Shown: positions 36,982-47,034, numbered from the stretch's first letter. The stretch is 64,000 nucleotides of DNA from an uncultured Candidatus Saccharibacteria bacterium (GCA_964496425.1 CAZBZO010000001.1:7265-71264), one strand, 5' to 3'. The notes: generated by a model not told the origin, from the sequence alone. Numbers and translations are program-made.

Positions 36982-37008
36982 GAAAAAGCCCCGCTAGGGG
37001 CTTTTTCT
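36982..37008. terminator. Hairpin AGCCCC-gcta-GGGGCT with A-run/T-run flanks (bidirectional terminator)
   Basis: Read directly. It lies just 3' of tRNA-Asp on the minus strand. Confidence 0.6.
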
Positions 37009-37009
37009 T

Positions 37010-37086
37010 TGGCGCAGTCGACCGGACTTGAACCGGCAACCTCCCACGTGACAGGCGGGCGCTCTAACCAGTTGAGCTACGACTGC
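37010..37086 (-). tRNA. tRNA-Asp (anticodon GUC), CCA encoded
   Basis: Hand-folded. Acceptor is GCAGTCG/CGACTGC. Anticodon loop is CTGTCAC. T-arm is GCCGG-TTCAAGT-CCGGT. Discriminator is G, followed by CCA. Confidence 0.82.
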
Positions 37087-37129
37087 ATAACCGACGTAAA
37101 AATACCATAAAATGAAACTAAAAACAATG

Positions 37130-37203
37130 TGTCGGCGCCAAGACTTGCACTTGGGACCTTGGCTTTATGAGTGCCATGCTCTAACTACCTGAGCTACGCC
37201 GAC
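37130..37203 (-). tRNA. tRNA with CAU anticodon (elongator Met or Ile2/lysidine)
   Basis: Acceptor GTCGGCG/CGCCGAC. Anticodon loop CTCATAA. The T-loop reads TGCAAGT, with an unusual G55. There is a 31-39 A.A mismatch. Confidence 0.6.
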
Positions 37204-37265
37204 GTACGGAGAATATATCATATTACCGTCTGGTTTCAAATCACGTGCAAAAAATCCAGGATGTC

Positions 37266-37877
37266 TTAAATAACCTCAAGTTCGGTAAACACTGTCTCGT
37301 AGAGCGCGATCACTCGTTTGGCTTCGCGCTCAGTGAGTTCGTACCCAGTACCTTGGTGAGCAACCATATTACGCACATTGTGAGCTTCCCAGGCGTTGGA
37401 AAGTGTGCGGAAGGTACCTGGATCAGCATTGGTCAAACGCTCGCCGAGCGTTTCTCCCAGAAAATCTTGCTCTGCCAGTACCTCGTCGAGCATAGAATCA
37501 GCGTCGATCACCGCTACGCGCCAGTCGGACTGCGTACCACCATTGACCCGAGCCACAATAGCTTCCCAGCGGGCATTTTGCGGTCCTTTTTCTTCGTGCA
37601 TTTTTGCTTCGGCAATATGGTGCTTGAGCTCTTCATGCTCGAGATTTTGAAGCTCGATCACTCGGATCAAGGCATAGAGCGCCATGGCAATAGCAAAAAT
37701 TGTAATCAAAAGGATAATAGTTTTAATCGAAGCAAATCCCCCACCAGTAGAAGTCGCAAAGAAATGCCCGACCGCTTGAAAAAACTGAAGTATTTTATAA
37801 AAAAAATATTCGACGTTGATATAGGTCGGATCAAACAGTGGCTTATCAAAAAATGTGGAAGTGGCAGTCGGCTCCAT
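37266..37877 (-). CDS. Hypothetical membrane protein
   Basis: 203 aa with two TM helices near the N-terminus. The overlapping plus-strand ORF 37245-38045 looks spurious. Confidence 0.5.
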   Translation of the reverse strand: MEPTATSTFFDKPLFDPTYINVEYFFYKILQFFQAVGHFFATSTGGGFASIKTIILLITIFAIAMALYALIRVIELQNLEHEELKHHIAEAKMHEEKGPQNARWEAIVARVNGGTQSDWRVAVIDADSMLDEVLAEQDFLGETLGERLTNADPGTFRTLSNAWEAHNVRNMVAHQGTGYELTEREAKRVIALYETVFTELEVI

Positions 37878-37889
37878 ACAATACCTTCA

Positions 37890-39323
37890 TTATACACGAA
37901 GCGTTTCAAATTCTTTTCCGGCAGAAAAAAGCATATCTTCTCGAAAGTGTGGCGCCATGAGTTGAAACGACAATGGCAAACCTTCTTTTGTATTTCCGGA
38001 CGGAATGGCAATGGATGGACAGCCAGAAATATTCGCGGGGGCTGAAAAAATGTCGCACAAGTACATTGCCACCGGATCGTCGAGTTTTTCTCCGAGCTTA
38101 AATGCAGGTGTTGGCGTCGTCGGTGTCGCGATCAGATCCACCGTTTTAAATGCTTCTTCGATCGAGTTGGTTATTTTCTGCCGCAAAAGAAGCGCTTTGT
38201 TGTAATACGCATCATGGTATCCGTGCGAAAGTATGTAGGTGCCAAGCAGTATTCTTCGGCGAGCTTCTTTGCCAAATCCCTGTCCCCGGCTTTTCATATA
38301 CACATCACGCACATCTACTCCTTTAGCCTGGTAACCATAGCGAATGCCGTCGAAACGAGAAAGATTTGTCGAAACTTCAGCTGGCATAACGATGTAGTAG
38401 ACAGCAAGCGAATATGACAAATCTGGCAAATCAAGATCAACTATTTCGTATCCTGCATCTTTTAAACGAGTAAGGTTTTCTTCGAAGTTGGCAAGGACAC
38501 TTGCATCAATACCACCGCCAGTGAGAAAACTTCGTGGCACGCCGATCTTTTTTGATTTTACTTTTGAACTATCCACGCCTTTTGTACGGGATGCTGCAGG
38601 CACTGACGTACTATCGAGTGGATCATGCTGAGCTAAAACTTCAAATATAATTTCAGCCTCACGAACAGTCTTGGTAAATGGTGCCACCTGATCAAGCGAA
38701 GAGCCCATGGCAATAATGCCTGAACGAGAAAGTGCTCCGTAGGTCGGCTTAAATCCGACCAAACCACAAAAGGAAGCAGGCTGCCGTACCGAACCGCACG
38801 TTTCAGTGCCAAGGGCAGCTAGCGTAAGATGTGCTGCTGTGGCCGCTGCCGAGCCACCAGATGAACCCCCTGGTACGCGTGATGTGTCATATGGATTTCG
38901 TGTGACGCCATAGGCTGATGTTTGCGTGGAAGATCCCATAGCAAATTCATCCATATTGGTCCGGCCCAAAATCACGGCGCCTTCTTTTTTAAGAAGTGCG
39001 ACGACGGTTGCATCGTACGTCGCGCGATAGTTTTCAAGTATTTTCGATCCAGCACTAACCTGCTTGCCTTCTACTAAAATATTGTCTTTGAGGGCAAACG
39101 GTATGCCAGTGAGAAGGGTCGCCGTGCCATTTTTTATTCGTTGATCTGCCTGGTCAGCGAAGTGGAGCGCATCAGAAAATACTTCAAGGTAGGCATGGAT
39201 CTCACCGTCCTTCTCGGCAATAGCCGCTATATAGGCTTCGGTCAGTGCTCTCGCAGTAAATTCACCCGCTATAAACGCAGCATGTGCTTTTTCTATAGTC
39301 AGATTTGGAAGATCAATCGGCAT
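37890..39323 (-). CDS. gatA: Asp-tRNA(Asn)/Glu-tRNA(Gln) amidotransferase subunit A
   Basis: Amidase signature GGSSGGSAAATAA. Confidence 0.95.
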   Translation of the reverse strand: MPIDLPNLTIEKAHAAFIAGEFTARALTEAYIAAIAEKDGEIHAYLEVFSDALHFADQADQRIKNGTATLLTGIPFALKDNILVEGKQVSAGSKILENYRATYDATVVALLKKEGAVILGRTNMDEFAMGSSTQTSAYGVTRNPYDTSRVPGGSSGGSAAATAAHLTLAALGTETCGSVRQPASFCGLVGFKPTYGALSRSGIIAMGSSLDQVAPFTKTVREAEIIFEVLAQHDPLDSTSVPAASRTKGVDSSKVKSKKIGVPRSFLTGGGIDASVLANFEENLTRLKDAGYEIVDLDLPDLSYSLAVYYIVMPAEVSTNLSRFDGIRYGYQAKGVDVRDVYMKSRGQGFGKEARRRILLGTYILSHGYHDAYYNKALLLRQKITNSIEEAFKTVDLIATPTTPTPAFKLGEKLDDPVAMYLCDIFSAPANISGCPSIAIPSGNTKEGLPLSFQLMAPHFREDMLFSAGKEFETLRV

Positions 39324-39325
39324 AG

Positions 39326-39619
39326 TTAGAGGATCTGTTTAACTTTTATATATCCGTCTTCCGTATCAGGTGCCTCTTTGAGCATGCGTAGAGTATAGGA
39401 ACCAGGGATTTTCGGGTTTTCATCAGCACGCATAACGTTTCGATGAGTAGAAACTGCCAAGACGGCGTCATCAATCGTAGCGCTTTTGATTTCATCAATA
39501 TACGAGAGAATACTTTCAAAATCCTTAATCAACCCTTCTTTTTCAGAACTTTCTATTTCCAACCGTGCAAGCTCCGCCAAGGCGTCTATTTCTGGTATCG
39601 TCATAGGCCAATTATACAC
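39326..39619 (-). CDS. gatC: Asp-tRNA(Asn)/Glu-tRNA(Gln) amidotransferase subunit C
   Basis: 97 aa, immediately upstream of gatA, with GatC-like sequence. Confidence 0.85.
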   Translation of the reverse strand: MYNWPMTIPEIDALAELARLEIESSEKEGLIKDFESILSYIDEIKSATIDDAVLAVSTHRNVMRADENPKIPGSYTLRMLKEAPDTEDGYIKVKQIL

Positions 39620-39627
39620 GAAACTAT

Positions 39628-41664
39628 TTACATCTCCATCATGCGCCGAAGTGTTGGTTCGTCGATAATCGATACGCCAAGACTTTGAGCTTTTTGGTAT
39701 TTACTACCCGGATTTTCCCCCGCAAGAACAAAGCTGGTTTCTTTTGAGACCGCACTCGCCACCTTGCCGCCGGCTTTTTCAATCAAGGCTTTGGCTTCAT
39801 CGCGACTCAAGTGAGGAAGGGTGCCAGTGATCACAAAAGTGCGCCCAGTGAAGCGACCAGGTTTTGTTTTTTGGAGGGCTTCGATCGAGACTCCACTTTC
39901 TAAAAGTTTTCGTATCATGGCCTGCCTGTGGGGCAATTGGAAAAATTCATAGAGGCTTTTAGAAACCACAGGGCCGATATTGGGGATAGCTTGTATGGTT
40001 TCAGGCGTCGCCTTCATCACCGCCGGCAACGTTTTGAAGTGAGTCGCAATATCTTTTGCTGTTTGTTCACCAACATGAAGAATACCTAAGGCGTAAATAA
40101 ACCGCCACAGTGGAACTTTGCGATGCATGCGTATCGAATCAATAATATTTTTTGCAGACTTTTCTCCAAACCGTGAGAGTCCAGAAAGATCATCTTCAGT
40201 AAGTAAAAAAAGATCAGCCGCATCACTTATCAGACCTTCTTCTTTGAAGCGAAGGAGGACTTTTGGACCAATCTCATAAATCTCAAAAATATTCACGAAA
40301 TGCTCGAGGCTGCGAATATTTTTGGCGGGACACTCTCTGTTGCTACAGTAATACGTTGTTCGTTCCTCATCTTTATTTTTTTTGCCAGTGTGTGTGACTC
40401 GCTTCTCGACCTCACTCATACACACTGGGCACGTCTTTGGCATATGCCAGACTTTTTCTTTACCACTTCGAAGCTTGGTCAAGACTTCCACAACTTCAGG
40501 TATCACATCCCCAGCTTTTTGAATAACGACCGTATCGCCCACTCGCACATCAAGCCGGCGAATCTGGTCAATGTTATGGAGTGTTGCCTTGGCAACGGTC
40601 GAGCCGGCTACTTCAGTCGGACGAAAATGGGCAAGCGGCGTCAAAATACCAGTACGTCCAACATTTGTGGAAATAGAAAGCACAACGGTGGTAGCTTTTT
40701 CTGCAGGATATTTATAGGCAATAACTGCCCGCGGCGCCTTCCCTGCCACACCAAGACGTTGATAGAGTAGAGTTGCATTGATCGAGACTACCACGCCATC
40801 AATACCAAATGGCAGCTTTTCGCGAGCATGTTCTATGCGGGAAATAAAATCAAAAATAGCAGAGAGCCCATGAGTCGTAGTGGTATGAAGATCAACTTGA
40901 AATCCAAGAGCCTGTAGTACCTCGTGTTTGCCAGCATGGGTCGCTATTTTTTTCTCCCAGGAAGCCCCTTCAACACTGGCTATTTCATACGCAAAAAAAT
41001 CCAGGTGTCGCGCTTTTGTAAGTGCCGGATCAAGCTGCCGCAAAGAGCCAGCGGCCGCATTTCGAGAATTGGCAAACAACGGCCGGCCAGCACGAGTATT
41101 TTCAGCATTGAGTTTAGATAAGGTGGCCTTCCGCATAATACCTTCACCACGCACTTCAACGAAGGTTGGGTATGGTGCGATAAGTGAAAGCGGTACGCTT
41201 TCGATCATTTTTAAATTTTCAGTGATATCTTCGCCAATTTCTCCATCCCCACGAGTGGCACCGCGAATAAATTTTCCATTTTCATACACAAGGGATATGG
41301 CGAGACCATCAAACTTGAGCTCACTAAAATATTCCAACTCAGCATTTTTTTCTAAAAGTTTTTTATTGCGTTTCTCCCATGCTGCAAGTTCATCAAAAGA
41401 AAAAGCATTGTCGAGCGAAAGGAGCCGTGTGGTATGGCGGACCTTTTCAAATTTGGGAAGTGGTTTGCCGGCCACGCGATACATAGAGGCAGTGGGATCA
41501 TCAAATTCTGGATATGATTTCAATAATTCTTGGAGCTCCTTGGTAAGCGAATCATAGACTTCATCTGTGACGGTGGGGTCGTTTTTGACATGGTAGGCAG
41601 TTCGAAGACGCTCGATTTCGGCTCGAAGCTTCAGAACGCGTGCTTTGGCAGTTTTAGGAGTCAT
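39628..41664 (-). CDS. ligA: NAD-dependent DNA ligase
   Basis: KxDG adenylation motif (SELKFDGLAIS), Zn-finger CPVC...C..C, HhH and BRCT regions. Confidence 0.95.
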   Translation of the reverse strand: MTPKTAKARVLKLRAEIERLRTAYHVKNDPTVTDEVYDSLTKELQELLKSYPEFDDPTASMYRVAGKPLPKFEKVRHTTRLLSLDNAFSFDELAAWEKRNKKLLEKNAELEYFSELKFDGLAISLVYENGKFIRGATRGDGEIGEDITENLKMIESVPLSLIAPYPTFVEVRGEGIMRKATLSKLNAENTRAGRPLFANSRNAAAGSLRQLDPALTKARHLDFFAYEIASVEGASWEKKIATHAGKHEVLQALGFQVDLHTTTTHGLSAIFDFISRIEHAREKLPFGIDGVVVSINATLLYQRLGVAGKAPRAVIAYKYPAEKATTVVLSISTNVGRTGILTPLAHFRPTEVAGSTVAKATLHNIDQIRRLDVRVGDTVVIQKAGDVIPEVVEVLTKLRSGKEKVWHMPKTCPVCMSEVEKRVTHTGKKNKDEERTTYYCSNRECPAKNIRSLEHFVNIFEIYEIGPKVLLRFKEEGLISDAADLFLLTEDDLSGLSRFGEKSAKNIIDSIRMHRKVPLWRFIYALGILHVGEQTAKDIATHFKTLPAVMKATPETIQAIPNIGPVVSKSLYEFFQLPHRQAMIRKLLESGVSIEALQKTKPGRFTGRTFVITGTLPHLSRDEAKALIEKAGGKVASAVSKETSFVLAGENPGSKYQKAQSLGVSIIDEPTLRRMMEM

Positions 41665-41756
41665 ACCCTCCAGTATACTTCAATTGGCAAGCGCATTGAA
41701 GTACGGATGCAAAGCAAGAAAAACATCTTCCTACTTTAGTTTCCTAGAAATCTAAA

Positions 41757-42326
41757 TTAATTAGGATATTGGACTTTCAGCGAACGTTCTACGATCCGCA
41801 GACTAGAAGTACTGGAAATATCATCACACGCAGCATTGTACCCAAACGATTCAATTTTTGTGCCAATAATGGGGTTGCCGAGAGCATCCTTTCCAACTTC
41901 AGTATTTTTTGTGACCTTAAGATGCGCACAACCCTCCCCGATTGGTAGCCCTGCAGAAGCCAGAGGAAAATCGTAGACGACAAGCCCATCACCTTCATCG
42001 GCACTTCCGTTACCTACCATAGCAGTTTCGTTGCAGCTAATGATAGGAAATTGAGTACCTCCATTTGCTACCCCAATAAAAATATCCGTCTGTCGATCCC
42101 AATAGAGTCCACATTCCGCTCCAGCATCGGCGGCAAAAAAAGAAATAGTAGAATCACGTGCTTGAATTGCCAAGAGCTGCTCTTTGTAATTAACATTAGA
42201 AATACCAAGGGCCATTGCCAAAATAATACTTGAGATAACAACAGTAAACAGCAACACGAAGCCACGTGTTTGTCCCCAATACAACTTTGCATGTTTTAAC
42301 TTTGATTCCATATTATTGCCATCCAA
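41757..42326 (-). CDS. PilX-like pilus assembly protein (N-terminal hydrophobic helix)
   Basis: N-terminal TM helix without a prepilin motif. It sits at the distal end of the minor-pilin operon. Confidence 0.45.
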   Translation of the reverse strand: MDGNNMESKLKHAKLYWGQTRGFVLLFTVVISSIILAMALGISNVNYKEQLLAIQARDSTISFFAADAGAECGLYWDRQTDIFIGVANGGTQFPIISCNETAMVGNGSADEGDGLVVYDFPLASAGLPIGEGCAHLKVTKNTEVGKDALGNPIIGTKIESFGYNAACDDISSTSSLRIVERSLKVQYPN

Positions 42327-42879
42327 AAAGATTCTCTGTAAGTGTCACAGATTTAGTTGATAGTCCTACGTTCCATGAGACCGTAGAAGTAACCCTCACC
42401 TCATCGGCACTCAACTGGTTGTTGCCTGGATCTGCGAGGTCGATTCGGACCGTCCGCGTGAAGCCCGTATTACCAAGCGCAGTGTAATTGTAATATCCCT
42501 GCGAGTCTCTATAGAGGACTTCGCAGATATTGTTGAGACATTTTTTAGTTTTAAGTTGTCCGCCGCTATATGCGATTCCGCAATTTTTATTTGCACAGTT
42601 CCCGAGGGGATGGGTCACAGAAAATATCTGTTCAAAAGAAATTGCGGGATCTGCTATATATTCACTGTCGCGGATAGCCCGTACATACTCTATACCCTCT
42701 TGTGCTAAATACGAGGCCATAAGTTGATCGCGTGCAAAATTGGTTCCACTAATGCCCTGCGACGAAATAACCACCAATCCCAAAAGTGACAGGGTGAAAA
42801 TAGAAAGCGCAATGAGAGTCTCCACCAGCGTGAAGCCGGCAACGCGTTTTTGTTTTTTTGTAGAGAGGATTGGTTTCAT
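42313..42879 (-). CDS. Type IV minor pilin (prepilin-type N-terminal cleavage/methylation domain)
   Basis: AGFTLVETLIALSIF matches the class III signal. Confidence 0.72.
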   Translation of the reverse strand: MKPILSTKKQKRVAGFTLVETLIALSIFTLSLLGLVVISSQGISGTNFARDQLMASYLAQEGIEYVRAIRDSEYIADPAISFEQIFSVTHPLGNCANKNCGIAYSGGQLKTKKCLNNICEVLYRDSQGYYNYTALGNTGFTRTVRIDLADPGNNQLSADEVRVTSTVSWNVGLSTKSVTLTENLFGWQ

Positions 42880-42881
42880 AA

Positions 42882-43643
42882 TTAAAAATCAAGCAAGCGC
42901 TGCGTTACGGTAGTTTCAATATTAAATGATGATTGAGTTTTTTTATATGTAGTCGTTCCCGAAAGTCTGATCACGATATACGGCTGTATCATATCGGCAC
43001 TGCAGTCGTTTGAAAAACTCGGGCATGCCCCAACAACGCTAAAGCCAGACTTGGTGCGGTCGATATAAATAGCTGTAACATTTGGGTCATTCCCATTGCC
43101 ATCAGGAGTGATATTAGGAGAAAGATCAAAAAAAGTTTGCCCGCCATCAACAGACTTTTCAATGATACCGTGAGTGTTATCATTCATATCTGAACCAGAT
43201 TCAGGGAGCCGGATGTTATACACGAGCTGATCATCAAGGTGGTTGCTGCTCGCATCGGGGTGTTCCCCACCGAACCGTTCCACCCCAATTGCAAACGTGG
43301 ACGTATTATTTGAACAACTTTTAGGCCCTGCAAGCGGAGAACTCAGATCACCGTCAGCACTGGCCATGTTTGTAGTTGTAGTCAAGCAATGATAGGTATT
43401 ACCGATGCGAATATTGCGCACAATATCTTCCATAATAAAACTAACACTGTCATTGACTGCTCGTTGGCTGCGGCTTTTTTGATCAGAGAGACTAATATTT
43501 AAAAGCGCACCAATACCCATAACCATAATAACGGTAAAGATCGTCACCGCCACCATCATTTCGATGAGAGTGAAACCGCCTTCGGCGTGTTTTCTTTCTT
43601 TTGTGCGCATAATCTTCATACTATTCATATGAGGAGCCCCCAT
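42882..43643 (-). CDS. Type IV minor pilin (PilW-like)
   Basis: GGFTLIEMMVAVTIF prepilin motif. Confidence 0.72.
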   Translation of the reverse strand: MGAPHMNSMKIMRTKERKHAEGGFTLIEMMVAVTIFTVIMVMGIGALLNISLSDQKSRSQRAVNDSVSFIMEDIVRNIRIGNTYHCLTTTTNMASADGDLSSPLAGPKSCSNNTSTFAIGVERFGGEHPDASSNHLDDQLVYNIRLPESGSDMNDNTHGIIEKSVDGGQTFFDLSPNITPDGNGNDPNVTAIYIDRTKSGFSVVGACPSFSNDCSADMIQPYIVIRLSGTTTYKKTQSSFNIETTVTQRLLDF

Positions 43644-44397
43644 TGCGTACGCTGATTTGCCCGACCTTGGAAACCATAATAGTTTTTTTGCTATTAGTAC
43701 TTGGTGAAGTAATTTCGATTTCTACCCCGCCTGCAAATGCTGTTTTTTTATCATTGTTCATAATGATTGCATCAGGAAATGGACGAGTAAATGTAATAGC
43801 CACGCCAGTAGTTACTTTTAAACAAGAATTATTATTCTTGCCCGTGTCGCAAATCTTGCTCACGTATTCACCGGTCGTGATGGTGGTCTGGGATATACAT
43901 TGTATGCTTGGACAGACAAGGTTTGGGCTTTTGAGTTTCAAAATACCATCGTGGTTGTCATCAAAAAAATACGTGAATTGCTTGTAATTATTCTGGGCAT
44001 TGTCAGGGCTTGTTGTAAAATAGACCCCATATGTTGGAGAAATGGTGCCAGGAATGAGATTGGAATTGAGTGTACCTGAAATTGCCGATTTCTGGGCCTG
44101 GGCAATACGAAGCGCGATATCCTGGGCGAGATTTTCAATCTTAACATTGGCGGCAAATTTACCATATTGGAAAATGACAACTGTTGAAAGAATACCAAAA
44201 ATTGAGAGTACAAAAATAAGTTCGATAAATGTTAACCCCCGCTCGTCATGGAACTTTGTGCGGGAAAAGTGAAATTTATCTTTTATTTTTGTAATGATAC
44301 GCATGTATAATTTATTTCGCAAACCAATCAAGAATCGTCGTGATCTTAATATCAAAGAGAAATACAATGAATGTGGCGAGCGCCAAAAACGGCCCAA
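43621..44397 (-). CDS. Type IV minor pilin (FimT/GspH-like); probable true start at 44304
   Basis: RGLTFIELIFVLSIF prepilin motif. The ORF-track start overlaps pilD, so the internal Met MRIITKIK is preferred. Confidence 0.7.
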   Translation of the reverse strand: MGRFWRSPHSLYFSLILRSRRFLIGLRNKLYMRIITKIKDKFHFSRTKFHDERGLTFIELIFVLSIFGILSTVVIFQYGKFAANVKIENLAQDIALRIAQAQKSAISGTLNSNLIPGTISPTYGVYFTTSPDNAQNNYKQFTYFFDDNHDGILKLKSPNLVCPSIQCISQTTITTGEYVSKICDTGKNNNSCLKVTTGVAITFTRPFPDAIIMNNDKKTAFAGGVEIEITSPSTNSKKTIMVSKVGQISVRNGGSSYE

Positions 44398-45133
44398 ACG
44401 GAATCTGAGACTTCATCGAGACCGTTTTCTTTTTGAGTTTGAAATGAGGTAACACAAGAAGAAATATCCCGATGATTGCACCGATCCAAAAAGCAATAAA
44501 TACTGCCGCAATACCCCCCGAAAGTCCGAGTAATAACCCCATGCCAACCATAAACTTTGGATCGCCGAGTCCCATCAAGCGACCTCGAGAAAAAAGCCAC
44601 AAGAGCGCAAATGGTAGAGCGATAATAAATCCAGCCAAGAGCTCGAGGATAGATGGTAGATGGATGATAAGCGTATCCCCGCTTACAAAAAAGAGAGCGA
44701 CAAGTGCGCAGAACCAAAATAAAAAAACAAACTTATCTGGAATGATCGTATGCTTGATGTCATAGGCCGAAATAACGATGAGAATTGAAAAGATGAATGA
44801 ATAGAGCGCGACTAAAATCAAAAAGAGTGTGACCGAACCAGGCAGAAGGTATGAGAACTTAAAAGCAATGAGCGTAAACATTGCTCCTGTTGCTGCTTCA
44901 ATGATTGGATACTGATGTGAAATACGTGATGCACATTTGGTGCATTTACCTCCCTGCGCCAAGTAGCTCGCAAGTGGAACAAGCTCGTACCAGACCAAAG
45001 TCTTGGCACAAGACATGCAGAAAGAACGCCCGCCCAAGGTTTTGCCACTATTGTGGCGATAGATGACAACATTTAAAAAGCTTCCAATAATCGTTCCGAG
45101 GAAAAAAATAATGATAGCAATAACAAGAGCCAT
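44312..45133 (-). CDS. pilD: Prepilin peptidase (A24 family)
   Basis: N-terminal CxxC...CxxC zinc-binding domain followed by a polytopic membrane domain. Confidence 0.9.
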   Translation of the reverse strand: MALVIAIIIFFLGTIIGSFLNVVIYRHNSGKTLGGRSFCMSCAKTLVWYELVPLASYLAQGGKCTKCASRISHQYPIIEAATGAMFTLIAFKFSYLLPGSVTLFLILVALYSFIFSILIVISAYDIKHTIIPDKFVFLFWFCALVALFFVSGDTLIIHLPSILELLAGFIIALPFALLWLFSRGRLMGLGDPKFMVGMGLLLGLSGGIAAVFIAFWIGAIIGIFLLVLPHFKLKKKTVSMKSQIPFGPFLALATFIVFLFDIKITTILDWFAK

Positions 45134-45209
45134 GTACTATTAGTATAAACCTTAACAACAAAAAAAGCTAAGCTGCGGCTTAAAAAATTGAGACAGCGTC
45201 GTTAAAGTA

Positions 45210-45761
45210 TTATTGGCAAGAATAAGGTGGGGTACCATCTAAAGTAATATTAAGAAATGCAGCCTCAAAATCCTCCGTAGTAACTGGCATTGGCCCTTCA
45301 TATGTAATCGCTGCTCCTACCCAATCGACACAAAATGCTCCTGTGGAAATACTTGCGGCAAGTACCCATTGCCCCCCGCTTGAAGGAACTAGACCATCAT
45401 AGCCATAGTAGACAACAGTATCAACAGGCATTCCACTGATCAAATTAGTCAAACTACCAGTAGTAAAATCATCAGAAAAAAGAGTCACTCCGACAATGGG
45501 ATTAGTGTTTTCTGTAACTATAGTAGCGACTTCCCCATCGACACTTACAAGCCCATCAGGATCCACGGGGGCCCATAGTTCTGCTTGTGGTCTTGCGCCT
45601 GAAAGCTGAGCTTGTATTTTCACATCATTGGCACGCGTACGAGCGGTACCCAGAGATGAGAGTACAATCGCTGCCAAAATACCGATAATAGCGATAACGA
45701 CCAAGAGTTCGATGAGTGTGAAACCTACCGTACTTTGAAAAATTTTTTTATTAAAGTTCAT
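45210..45761 (-). CDS. Type IV pilin paralog 3 (start at MNFNKK, 45761)
   Basis: QSTVGFTLIELLVVIAIIGILAAIVL prepilin N-terminus. The ORF-track start at 45887 is an upstream extension. Confidence 0.75.
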   Translation of the reverse strand: MNFNKKIFQSTVGFTLIELLVVIAIIGILAAIVLSSLGTARTRANDVKIQAQLSGARPQAELWAPVDPDGLVSVDGEVATIVTENTNPIVGVTLFSDDFTTGSLTNLISGMPVDTVVYYGYDGLVPSSGGQWVLAASISTGAFCVDWVGAAITYEGPMPVTTEDFEAAFLNITLDGTPPYSCQ

Positions 45762-45867
45762 GTGAAAAATAAAAATGCTATTACAGTATAGCAACCTTGC
45801 TTCAAAATACCAAAAACAAAACCACCGACATGGGTGGTTTTGTTCAACATTATATAAAATGCCAAGC

Positions 45868-46398
45868 TTACTTACACGCTGTTCCACTGGCAGTTTTTGC
45901 AGCAGTCGCTCCAGCGCCAGTCAAAGCATCGTATGCATTACCTGCTCTGTTTTTTGAACTGGAATACCCCGTGCTGTCTGCACAGAAATATATCGTAGTG
46001 CTATTTTGCGTACTACCTTTGGCCGAGACAGCCCAAGCATTGGTACTACTATCACAGTCTATTCCCAACGCAACATAGTCTCCACTTATTGCTGTAATCG
46101 CAGTAATAAGAGGTGCTACAGAGTTGGTAGTAGGAGTAGTATTAAACATAGTACCTGTTGTAGTACATCCGTTTGTGCCGTTTGATGTACCATAACTTCC
46201 ATTTCCTTCTGAGTTGTAATATAACTCAGCTTGCGCTTTAAGTTCAGACATCTGACCAAGAAGAGAAGCGTCGGTGCCTTTTGAACGAGCACTTGAAAGT
46301 GATGCCAAAACAATCGCTGCCAAAATACCGATAATAGCGATAACGACCAAGAGTTCGATGAGTGTGAAACCTTTTTGAAACTTTTTAGATAAACTCAT
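45868..46398 (-). CDS. Type IV pilin (PilA-like) paralog 2
   Basis: MSLSKKFQKGFTLIELLVVIAIIGILAAIVLASLSSAR. It has a Cys pair in the C-terminal region. Confidence 0.82.
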   Translation of the reverse strand: MSLSKKFQKGFTLIELLVVIAIIGILAAIVLASLSSARSKGTDASLLGQMSELKAQAELYYNSEGNGSYGTSNGTNGCTTTGTMFNTTPTTNSVAPLITAITAISGDYVALGIDCDSSTNAWAVSAKGSTQNSTTIYFCADSTGYSSSKNRAGNAYDALTGAGATAAKTASGTACK

Positions 46399-46490
46399 AT
46401 TTTATAATTCTATATTAATAATACTCACTTCTAGGGTCACGTGAGCCCTGGGAGTGAACGACCTAAAATTTATAATAGCTAGATTATACC
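46319..46490. repeat. 172-bp perfect direct repeat, copy 1 (pilin N-terminal 27 codons + 5' UTR/promoter)
   Basis: Identical to 46955-47126 by direct comparison. Confidence 0.9.
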
Positions 46491-46602
46491 TTACCTATAT
46501 AATGTTACAACTTATTACATATTTCTTACAGGAATAGTATACCACCTAAAAACAAAAAACTACCCCAGTGGGGTAGTTTTTTTGTACATTAAAGATCGAA
46601 AA

Positions 46603-47034
46603 CTATGGACAGATAGTGGCACCCGCAGCCAACGCTACAGTTCCTGTCTTAGCAGCACCCGTACTATCAACACAGAAGTAATTGGCTGTGTTTGATACCA
46701 TTTGAGCTTGAGCAGCCCATGCAGTTGCAGAACTACCTGCCGTGTGTACAGTGGTTTGAGCATTAATACCAGTCAAGATTGATTGCACTCCAGCATCAGC
46801 AGAAGCCCAAGTGTTACCACCAGTAAACAATGCAGCATATGAACCGCCGTTCGCATAGATTTCAGCCTGTGCGCGAAGTTGTGACAATTCACCTTGAATT
46901 GCAGCGTCTTTGCCTTTTGTACGAGCAGTCGAGAGTGACGCAAGCACGATAGAAGCCAAAATACCGATAATAGCGATAACGACCAAGAGTTCGATGAGTG
47001 TGAAACCTTTTTGAAACTTTTTAGATAAACTCAT
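46603..47034 (-). CDS. Type IV pilin (PilA-like) paralog 1
   Basis: Same 33-aa N-terminus as paralog 2, with a divergent C-terminal domain. Confidence 0.82.
   Translation of the reverse strand: MSLSKKFQKGFTLIELLVVIAIIGILASIVLASLSTARTKGKDAAIQGELSQLRAQAEIYANGGSYAALFTGGNTWASADAGVQSILTGINAQTTVHTAGSSATAWAAQAQMVSNTANYFCVDSTGAAKTGTVALAAGATICP

Noticed and set aside
37245-38045. 266-aa plus-strand ORF overlapping gatA and the 37266-37877 gene
   Set aside because: Its translation is low-complexity and Arg/Ser/Lys-rich with no motifs. It lies antisense to two well-supported genes, so it is a shadow ORF.
40928-41557. 209-aa plus-strand ORF inside ligA
   Set aside because: It is antisense to the NAD-dependent ligase, which has all conserved motifs. 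It is a shadow ORF.
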